Part shown: piece after piece, positions 16,478 to 27,383 of the stretch | Position numbering within the stretch: position 1 is the stretch's first letter | How the letters are laid out: each line of letters begins with the position of its first letter | Source of the DNA: the human T2T-CHM13v2.0 reference genome, Homo sapiens | Length of the DNA: 64,000 nt | Assembly (NCBI RefSeq): GCF_009914755.1 | Contig: NC_060935.1 | Strand: one strand, 5' to 3' | The notes under the pieces: model-generated | Database searches by the model: none | The model's input: the letters and a program-made list of their open reading frames with translations, nothing else | Told to the model about the DNA's origin: nothing | Position numbers and translations under genes: made by a program

Positions 16478-16903
16478 TGTGTCCGGAGTTGGTTCCTTCT
16501 GGTGAATTCTTGGTCTCGCTGACTTCACAAATGAAGCCATGGACCTTCACGGTGACTGTTACAGCTTTTAAAGGTGGCACAGTCCCAAAGAGTGAGCAGC
16601 AGCCAGATTTATTGTGAAGAACGAAAGAACAAAGCTTCCACAGTATGGAAGGTGACTCGCGGCTTGCCGCTTCTGGCTGGGGTGGCCAGCTTTTATTCCC
16701 TTATTTGTCCTCGCCCACGTCCTGCTGATTGGTTCATTTTACAGAGTGCTGATTGGTCCATTTTACAGAGTGCTGATTGGTGCATTTACAATCCTTTAGC
16801 TAGACACAGAGCACTGATTGGTGCATTTACAATCCTCTAGCTAGACAGAAAAGTTCTCCAAGTCCTCACTCGACCCAGGAAGTCCAGCTGGCTTCACCTC
16901 TCA
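16478..16903 (-). mobile_element. LTR12 (ERV9) solo LTR, LTR12F-like
   Basis: tgtgtccgga...cacctctca ends, four ctgattgg repeats, 4-bp TSD AAGG. Confidence 0.92.
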
Positions 16904-19023
16904 AAGGTACTTTTGTCAAAAATAAGAAATTAACATTGGTACATTAATATTAACTAAAGTCTGACTTTGAATTTCACTAGTGTTTCACTAATGTTCTTTT
17001 TGTTCCAGGATCCAGTCTAAGACATCATGTTGCATTTAGTCCATAACAGTTTTTATTTTTCTACCTCATTCTATTTGAATAACTGCATAGTATTATATAG
17101 TATGAGTGTACCACAATTTACATGATCCTACTGACAAATATTTATATTATTTCTAGTTTTGCATTATTACAAACAATGCTATAATGAACATCAATACACA
17201 TATGTCTTTGTACACTTGTACTGTAGGATTATCTTAGAATTGTTGGGTCAAAGAATAGGCACATTTGAAATTTTTTATATACATTGACATATTGCCTTTA
17301 AAATGTTTTTAATAACTCATATTCCACCAAATTCAAACAAGAGTTTTTATTTCCCCATAAATTTTGCTAATCTAAGAGTGAAATGTCATTTCATTGTTTT
17401 CATTTGCAGTTATTTAATTATGAGTACATTTGAGTATCTTTTCAGATATTTATTGGCAGTTTATATTTCATTTTTAATGAGGTGCTAACTTACCTTCTAA
17501 GCATGCTTCTCTTGGGTTGTTCATCTTTTCCTTATTGATTTATAAGCAGTCTTTTAAACTGAAAAAATTAGCCATTTGGCATATTTGTTGTGAATATTTT
17601 TCCAGATGATATTTTGTCTTTTGACTTTATTTATATTAATCTTTGCTATACATGAGTTAAAATTTTTTAATTACCATCTTTCCCTTTACACTTCTGGCTT
17701 TTATTTTGTTTCAAATCAATATTATTATAAAATATTCACCTTTGTATACATTATTTCTAATTCTCACAATGCTATCAAGTAATTATTACAACTCAGTCTT
17801 CACATTCTCAAGGAATATTGAGATCTCTTCAAATGACAAATTTATAAATATTACTCTACTTCAAAGACATTATGAAATCATTTCAGAAAGTTTAACACTG
17901 TGACTCCAACTTTATTTTGCTAGATTCCTTCCTATTCTTGCACCTTAAAATTTAGGCACTTGCAGACCGCAAAGAAAGTTGAGTGAATTGTGGTCAATTT
18001 ATCTTTGGTTGCCTTAGGCGCTGATATTTGCCTCTCCTCCTTCAATATGTTTACCAAGGTATTTTCTGTTGATGTGAGCCTCTTTTTAATACTGTTGAAT
18101 GCACTGACCTATTAACCTTTTCTTTATGAATTTCTTCAGCTTAGAAAGAGGCAAGCAAGCACTTCTGTGGCAATGATTTTTATCTTTATAAAATGTCAAT
18201 AGAAAAATGCTACTTTAGGTCACAGAACCAATCTTTTTTTTGAGGTCACAGTGGGTTAAGAGCCCCACAAATGTCCTCACTCGCTTACCTCATGAAAATA
18301 TTTATACAAATGTTCCTAGGTTTCTCCCAGATTACATTTTCCTGAGCATCATTTTTTCTATTCTCATCTTCACACCAAAAGTTAGTCATCTTTTCAATAT
18401 TCAGTGGTTTTTAACTTAATTGATGAGCTTTTTTTCCTTAGTGGATGCACTCATTTAAATAGTTTCCCAAATTACTTTTTCTTGTTTCCTTATTGATGGT
18501 GTCTTTTCCATCATAAATATAAGCCATTGACTAATTTTACATCCCACTCTTTAACTTAGACAGAAGGCCTATTTTGTGGCTAAGATCCATCACTTTAATA
18601 ATTTCTTCAATCTCATTACTAATAATTGAGTTTCTTTTCAGAGCCATTTTCCACAAAGAAAATTCATGGAAGAACTACATAAGTGGAGAAGAGTAGGCAG
18701 AAATGAGACTACGTCAAAGTGTAGTTGCCGTATGATTAACAAGACTTACTCACTAGCTAAGTGACTAGTTTATTTATTCAACATGAATTTAAAAGCACCT
18801 ACTATATGCCAGGTACTGTGAGGGTTGTGCATTCCCTCATGAAACTCAGTCTATTGCTAGGATAATTATAGCCAGCATATATTGATTGCTTAGTATTTGT
18901 CAGGTAGTGTATGTTGAGTGCTTTAAACAGTTTATATGCATTTCCTCACTTGTAAGATGGGGATATTAGAAGTACTTATGCATAAAGTTGTTGAGAGAAC
19001 TGAATAAAAAATATGTGCAAAGG

Positions 19024-19965
<942 letters not shown>

Positions 19966-20786
19966 TCAACCAATCTTAACTGCTGTAGTTTTGTGATTAT
20001 TATTACTTTCTTTACTAGTTACTATAACAACCTTGTGAAGAGAGGCTGTTATCATCCCCATTTTACAGATAAGAAAACTGAAGCTTGGTGGATTTAAGAG
20101 ATCTACCCAAGGCATGTCACACAGTTAATAATAATAGAGGTAGGATTCAAATTCAAATAATGTATTTTCAGCTTACTCTTTCAACCACTTAGCTCTTTGG
20201 TCTTCTGTACTCTGGCTAACGTATAAAGTTCAAATTTCCTTTCTATCACAATTACGCTACATGTCATGGACTTTTCCAGTCAACATGGCAAATGTTAAAC
20301 TGATAAATGCCAAGGGTCTACTTTATTGCCCCCATTTTATAGTTGAGAAAATGGAGGTTCAGACAGGTCTTATATGGAGGAAGTGGCAGAGTTTGGATTT
20401 CAAAACAGGTAAATCTGGCTCCAAAGCCACATTACACTGACTAAAGATTTTCTCCTTAACCTTATTAAAACATAGTCATGGTGAAATTTTCCTTTCATTT
20501 TTATAATACACATTTAACCTTCTATTTTCACTGGTTCTTAAATTGTATAATGTGACTTTGACTACATGCTTAGACTTGTGCAGTGAAGAGTCTTGAAATA
20601 TAAAAGAAAGAAAATAAAATCTTAAGTATTGCCATGAACATTTAAAAATATACCTTTTATTTTGGAATAATTTTATGCTTTCAAGGAAGTTACAAAGATA
20701 GGACAAAGAGTCTGTATATACCTCCTCCACTTTCCCCCACTGCTTATATCTTGCATTACCACATTACACTTATAAAAACTAAGAAA

Positions 20787-20888
20787 CTATCAGCAATGAA
20801 CAAGTGGAATTTGAAATATAAAACACATTACCATTTACATTAGAACCCCCCAAAATCATACTTACATATAAATCTAACCAAATATGGA

Positions 20889-20942
<54 letters not shown>

Positions 20943-22870
20943 AAAGTGACAAAACTCTAATGAAAGCTATCAAAGAACTAAATAAAGGAAGAGATATTCC
21001 ATGTTCATGGATAGGAAGACTCAAAATTGTCAAGATGTCAGTTTTTCTCAACTTGATCTACAGATTCAGTGCAATCTCAATCACAATTCTGGCAAGTTAT
21101 TTTGAGGATATTGACAAACTGATTCTGAAGTTTATATAGGGAGGCAAAAGACCCAGAATAGCCAACTCAATATTGAAGAAGAACAAAGTCAAAGGGCTGA
21201 CTTCCAGACTTACTTTAAAGCTACAGTAGTCAAGACAGTGTGGCATTGGTGAAAGAATAGACAAACAGATTAATGGAACATAATAGAGAGCCCAGAAATA
21301 GACCCACGTAAATATAGGCAACTAATCTTTGACAAAGGAGCAAAGGCAATATAATGGAGAAAAAAGTCTTTTCAACAAATGGTGCTGGAACAATTTTATG
21401 TTCACATGCAAAGAAACAAATCTAGCCACGGACCTTATACTGTTCACAAAAATGAACTCAAAATGGATCATAGACCTAAATGTAAACTTTAAAACTATAA
21501 CACTCCTAGATGATAACAAAGGAGAAAACCTAGATGACTTTGCGTTTGGTGATAACTTTTCAGATACACCACCACAGACATGATCCATGAAATAAGTAAT
21601 TGATAAGCTGGGCTTTGTTAAAATTAAAAATTTCTGCTGTGTGACAGACAATGTCAAGAGAATGAGAAGACGAGGCACCGATAGGGAGAAAATGTTTACA
21701 AATGACACATCTGATAAAGAACTGTTATCCAAAATATACCAAGAACTATTAAAAGTCAATAATAAGAAAATGAACAACCCAATTAAAAAAATGGGCAAAA
21801 GACCCGAACAGACACCTTACCAAAGAAGATAAGTATATGAAAAGATGTTCAACACCATATGTCATTAGGGAATTGCAAATTAAAACAAGGAGAGATACCA
21901 CTATACATGTATTAGAATGGTCAAAATCAAAACTCTGATGATGTCAAATACTGGCAAAGATGTGATGGAGTAACGGGAACTCTCATTCATGGATGGTGGG
22001 AATGAAAAATGGCACAACCACTTTGGAATGTTTAGTTTTGTAAAACTATGCAGTTTTGTTTTTTTTTTTACAAAACTATGTAAAAAACAATGTAAACAAA
22101 CTATGTAAAAAAACTATGTAAAACATGCAGTTTTTTTGTTTTTGTTTTTTTTACAAAACTAAAAATACCCTTATTGTGCAATCTATCAGTCATGCTCTTT
22201 GGTACTTACCAAAATGAATTGAAAATTTACACATACACAAAAATGTGCATATAGATGGTTGTATTTACTTTATTGGTAATTGCCAAAACTTGGAAGCAAC
22301 TAAGATGTCTTTCAGTAGGTGAATGGATAAATGAACTGTGGTACATCCAGATGATCGAATATTATTCAGTGCTAAAAGGAAATGAACTATCAAGCCATGA
22401 AAAAACATGGAGGAAACTTAAATGCATATTACTAGAAGAAATAGCCAATTTGAAAAGCCCACATACCATGATTCCAACACTCTGGAAAAGGTAAACCTAT
22501 GAAGACAGTAAAAAGATCAGTGAATGCCAGGAGTTAGGAGAGACAGAGGGATTAATAGGCAGAACACAGCAGATTTTGAGGGCGGTGAAACTATTCTGTA
22601 TTATACTGCAATGGTGGATATATATCATTATATATTTATCAAAACACATGGAATGTACAACACCAAGAACGAACCCTAATGTAAACTATGGACTTTGGAT
22701 GATAATGATATATCAATGTAGGTTCATCAGTTGTAACAAATGTACCACTGTGGTGGCAGCTGTCAATAGTGGAGAGGGTGTGTGTGTAGGGACAGTGGGT
22801 GTATGAGAACTCTCTGTGCTTTCAGCTCAATTTTGCTGTAAACCTAAAATTGCTCTAAAAAATAAAGTTT
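20787..22870 (+). mobile_element. L1 3' fragment (L1MC1/2-like) with ORF2 remnant
   Basis: ORF2-like peptides (DIPCSWIGRLKIVKMS, SLFNKWCWNN) and L1MC-type 3' UTR; TAAAAACTAAGAAA at 20773 and 23266 is a probable TSD. Confidence 0.88.
20891..20940. repeat. (AT)25
   Basis: Direct reading. Confidence 0.95.
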
Positions 22871-22932
22871 AATTACAATTTCTTCTCATTTACTATTTAA
22901 ATATAGTCTTTGCTGTGAATAATAAAAACAAA

Positions 22933-23244
<312 letters not shown>

Positions 23245-23659
23245 TTAAATTTTTTAAAAACATTTTAAAAACTAAGAAATGAATATTAGTACATAAATAT
23301 TAACCAAATACACATTTTATTTGAGTTTTACCATTTTTTTTTGTTAACGGCTTCTTCCTGTTTCAGGATCCAATTCAGAGTGCCACATTGCATTTACTTG
23401 TCATATTTCCTCAGTTTCCTCTGGTCTATGACAGTGTCTCAGTTTTTCATTGTTTTTCATGACCTTAACAGTCTTGAGGAATACTGACCAGGCATCCTGT
23501 AGAATGTCCTCCAAACTGGGTTTGTGTGATTTTTTTTCATACTTTGACTGGGGTTATACTATGAACATTTTCATTTGAAAAGGAAAAGGAAAATATTCCC
23601 AAAGAAATTATAAGAAAAATCATCAGCCTCTGACCTACACCAGTCTTGGCATTTGGTTT

Positions 23660-24520
23660 TTGTTTTTAATTCAACACCAATTTATTAATGACCTACTATG
23701 TGCTAGGCATTGTTCTAGACATTGAGGATGCATTATGGACAACCAGTTTAGATTGGATTATCATAAAAGGCCTTTTCGAAGATTTAACATTTGAGAAGCC
23801 CAAATGACAAGATTGAACTAGATAAGAGAAAAGATCTACGGGAAGAATATTTCAGGGAAAGGAAATAACTACTACAAAGGCTTTGGGGCAGAGACAAACT
23901 TTATGTGTTTAAAAAGCTCAATAAAGGCAAAGTGGCTGGGTCATTGGGCGTAAGAGGAAGAGTGGCAGATGACTGGAGCAAGACAGATGGGTTTGATTAC
24001 ATTGGATCTCACAGGCTATAGCAAAGAATATGAATTTTATTCTAAGAGGGATGAGATGTCTTTGGAAGATTTGGAAGGGATATGACATATTTTTGAAAGA
24101 TCACTCTGGTTGCTCTATGGAATATGGATTGTTGAGGGATAAGATTAGAAACAGGAACCCAGTTAGGAGGTAACTGCAGTAGTACAGGCAAAAGAATAAA
24201 GTAATTGGAGTGGGATGTGCAGTAGTAGATAGAAGGAAAAGTGGATGGATTTGAGATGTGTTTCAGAGGTGGAAGCAACAGCCCATATGAAGGGATTGAA
24301 TGTAAGATGAAGAGTGTCAGGTTTTTGGTTTGATAAACTGAATTGATGACAGTGTAATTTATCAAGGTGGAGAAGAACTGATAGAGGATATGTTGCAGGA
24401 GGTAGGGGAGGCTTGGAAATCAAATGTTCTGTTCAGGTCAAGTTTAAATTTGGGAGGTATTGAGCCATTAAAAAGGTAGATATATGAGTTTACAGCCTAT
24501 AGGAGAGGTGAGGACAAGGG
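23660..24520 (-). mobile_element. L2 remnant
   Basis: acctactatgtgctaggcattgttctag and aaagatcactctggttgct motifs. Confidence 0.7.
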
Positions 24521-24677
24521 ACGTAACATTTACATATAAAGTAAATAAACACATATCCATGTAATCTCAGTAATAATATATTAGGAAGAGTAGCCATATA
24601 TTTGTATTTGTCCATTTATTCATTAATCAATTCATGAATCCACATACTTATTCCACAAATATTCATTGTATACTTAC

Positions 24678-24716
24678 CATCTTATCAGGCTCTCCTGCAA
24701 TAGTCAAGCCAGTGGC
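24678..24716 (-). other. Candidate antisense exon 3 (39 nt, ATGLTIAGEPDKM)
   Basis: ctcttttctttatag| acceptor and ATG|GTAAGT consensus donor, phase 0-0. Confidence 0.45.
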
Positions 24717-26115
24717 CTATAAAGAAAAGAGTGTGCAATCAGAAAAGGGGGATTGTAGGAAGAAAATGTTAGACTTTCTTTTTATATTTATTTTAATCTA
24801 AAAACGCAAAATTAAATCTTACTTATATTGAATATATAAACACCAGCATCTCACTACTCCTGAGTGAGAAGTGTGAGTTCTGCAATGTAGAGAATTCAGA
24901 GATTCCTTCATTTTCTTTTAGTATGTTGTCACTTATTCCAGTTTATGTGGGCTGGGTTAAGTAGATTTATCAATTACATTCTTATTTCATTATATCAACC
25001 TTTACTAAAATGAAAGTGACTAAAAAGGATTTCTGGAAAGACAACATGAGTTTGAAATAATATTGCAAGCATAAGCAAAAAAGATGACAGAGATGACATT
25101 TTTACTTCTAGGGTGAGCACTACAGCACTGGCCAGCACTACAGAAGACACCTTACTAAGTCATGGGATGACATTTTGAAAATAAAAGTTTGGAAATATTT
25201 CCATCATGTGATTTTGATGCAAAAATGATATATGTGAGCCACCCAAGTCTGGGACTATGGTGAAGCAAATGGTTTTCAAGGTGAAAACCGTTCACCTTGG
25301 GCACAAAATTTAAGGGGGGGGTGCCAAAAATTCAATAATCAAGACAACTAATCTTAATACAATATTTTAAAAAGTCAAAATTTATCTTAATCAATCCATG
25401 ATAATCAAAATATCAAAACCTTAAAGACAAGATCTATAACTCCCAAAACTCATACATGAATACTTAAAACTTGAAGATAGAAATTTTCAACTTCTTAAAA
25501 ATCTTCTAAGCAATTTATTCCAAAGAGCTTTGAACCCATTTGTAAAAATATAAAAATGCAACATCTTCTGGTTGACATCAGGAAAGATGGAACACTACTA
25601 GCTGAATTTCAATAAAAACCTTTGCATGGTTGTTGGATGGAATGGATAAAAATGAAACTTTTTTCATATCAGTTTTTTTTTTTAAATCGTTCTAAACATG
25701 CATTAGGAAGAGTGGCCAAAGATGTACTTCCTCCTTTAGGATCTACATCTTTGTGAGTTACCTTTTTTTCAGCTTATGACAGCCATTAAAACCAAGTACA
25801 AAAATAACCTGACGTTCAATCAGATATTTTAATAACTATTTCACGAAGTATTAAAGATTTTTAAAACTAACGAAACCTAGTCAATCATATTGATTTCCTT
25901 AAATATTTTTAGTGAGAATAACAAAGATTTTTATACCATTAATATGGAAAATAACTAAGTTATTTTAAATGTTTATGTCATCTTTGTCTTAGCCTTTTTA
26001 CATTTTACAAATGTTTTATAATTCTGCACACAGCAGGACACGTATAAAACTTATATAAGTATATGGATTTTTTTTTGGTAACGGGATTACAATAAAAAAA
26101 AGTTTGGAGAACACA
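24710..26115 (+). mobile_element. Charlie-type hAT DNA transposon remnant with a MER96B-like insert (~25243-25435)
   Basis: cagtgg...gtttggagaacac ends; frameshifted hAT dimerisation-domain motif (GST-LCE-FSA-MTAIKTKYKNNL) at ~25735-25815. Confidence 0.65.
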
Positions 26116-26704
26116 AGTGCAGGCAGTTAATGCTGTGGGTGTTAGGAACATGACAAGATTATATTATCTCAGCATGCTGTAAGATCACTGTATCCATAAA
26201 AGTCTTCATGAAGGAGCCCCGCCGAGTCTCCATAATGGAAGCAGGATTTGGAGAAATGACTTCTGCAAACTTTGTTTAGTATAACACAAAGCACCATGCT
26301 TACTACTAGAGAAGATTAAAATTCTCTAAAAACCTTGTTAACGGAGATCACAGGTTGAAGCATACTGCAGCTCTACTCTTGGAAGGCTAGCTCAGTCTCA
26401 GACTTGGCCCTGATGGAGAAGGAAGTTCCCTGGAAGAGGGCAGGGGAGCGCCTCTCCAATGTAGTTGCGGGGGGCGGGCGGTGAGGACACCGCTTCATAA
26501 GGGAAGGGGTGGCTGCCTCCCCAAGCAGGGGGTGGCCCCTGAGGTCCCTCCAGCTGGGGGCCCTTGAGAGGGAGGGTGGGGAGAGGGGAAAAGAACGTCA
26601 GGAGAGTGAACGGGAGCAAATAAAACGCTGTCCATTCTGACTGGAAGGGCCAGAGCCGTGTCTAAGGGCGGGGGCCGGGAGGTGGCCCGCGGTGGTGTCT
26701 CTAC

Positions 26705-26821
26705 CAGGACGAGGCCTGGGGTATCTGAAGAGGGGATGACGTCCAGGCGCTTTGCTAAAGGGAAGCCAGAAGGGTATGAGTTGCTAGGGTCAGAGATGGG
26801 GCTTTCGGCTCGAGTCTTTCC
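26705..26821 (-). other. Candidate antisense exon 2 (117 nt, 39 codons)
   Basis: ctcttcggactctctgccctgcag| acceptor, CTG|GTAGAG donor, open frame, phase 0-0. Confidence 0.35.
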
Positions 26822-27026
26822 CTGCAGGGCAGAGAGTCCGAAGAGCCCGAGAAGGCAGGGAGGACAGTGGGCCTGGTCCTTCCCCGGCCGGCAGAGGGAG
26901 TCCCGAGATGGAACGTCCAGCTCTCCTCTAACGAAAAGCGTTTGCATGGCTGTCTCGCCAATTCTGTACCTCCCGGGGCTGAGGAAGAGCCGAGGTGACT
27001 AGAAGCTAGCGACAAGTGCCGGCCAC

Positions 27027-27092
27027 CTCCGACGCCAGGCGCCGGGCTTGGAGCCCGACGGGCCGAATTCTCGCGAGAGCGGCCGCCGCCAT
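27027..27092 (-). other. Candidate antisense coding exon 1 (MAAAALARIRPVGLQARRLASE)
   Basis: AAAATGG Kozak context, 22 codons, weak GAG|GTGGCC donor, phase 0. Confidence 0.3.
27069..27078. promoter_or_regulatory. TCTCGCGAGA palindrome (BANP / CGCG element)
   Basis: Exact 10-bp palindrome about 270 bp upstream of the ATG. Confidence 0.8.
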
Positions 27093-27095
27093 TTT
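27085..27095 (-). promoter_or_regulatory. YY1 motif
   Basis: GCCGCCATTTT, which is AAAATGGCGGC on the minus strand. Confidence 0.75.
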
Positions 27096-27150
27096 TCCAT
27101 TGATTGCAGCGGGCTGGGGGAGGGGCCGACGACGAAGGCGGCTGTGGTAG

Positions 27151-27168
27151 CGGCGGCGGCGGCGGCGG
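27151..27168 (+). repeat. (CGG)6 in the 5' UTR region
   Basis: Direct reading. Confidence 0.9.
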
Positions 27169-27251
27169 AGCCCTGGGTCGGTGTCTGCGCGCTGGTGTCT
27201 GAGGCCCAGGCTGAGGCCTCCGCTATTGCTGGAGCGCAGGCGGCGGAGAGG

Positions 27252-27278
27252 ATGACTGCCGCTGCCATTCTCTCTTGA
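27252..27278 (+). other. uORF (MTAAAILS*) in the USP47 5' UTR
   Basis: AGGATGA context (-3 A), 8 sense codons plus TGA, ending 66 nt before the main ATG. Confidence 0.65.
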
Positions 27279-27344
27279 GCTAGCGAGCCGCCGCCACCCT
27301 CCACCCTCCCCCGGCAGGGCGGAGAGGAGCGGCCGGAGTCAGCG

Positions 27345-27383
27345 ATGGTGCCCGGCGAGGAGAACCAACTGGTCCCGAAAGAG
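27345..27383 (+). CDS. USP47: USP47 coding exon 1 (MVPGEENQLVPKE), phase-0 donor
   Basis: ATG in GCGATGG context inside the CpG island, 13 codons matching the recalled human USP47 N-terminus, then GAG|GTGAGG donor at 27384. Confidence 0.97.

Noticed and set aside
20779-22806. ORFs with L1 ORF2 similarity
   Set aside because: Fragmented ancient L1 with stops and frameshifts; not active
26999-27304. 101-aa antisense ORF over the 5' UTR (also 26658-27002 on +)
   Set aside because: Non-ATG start in stop-poor GC-rich sequence; no supporting features
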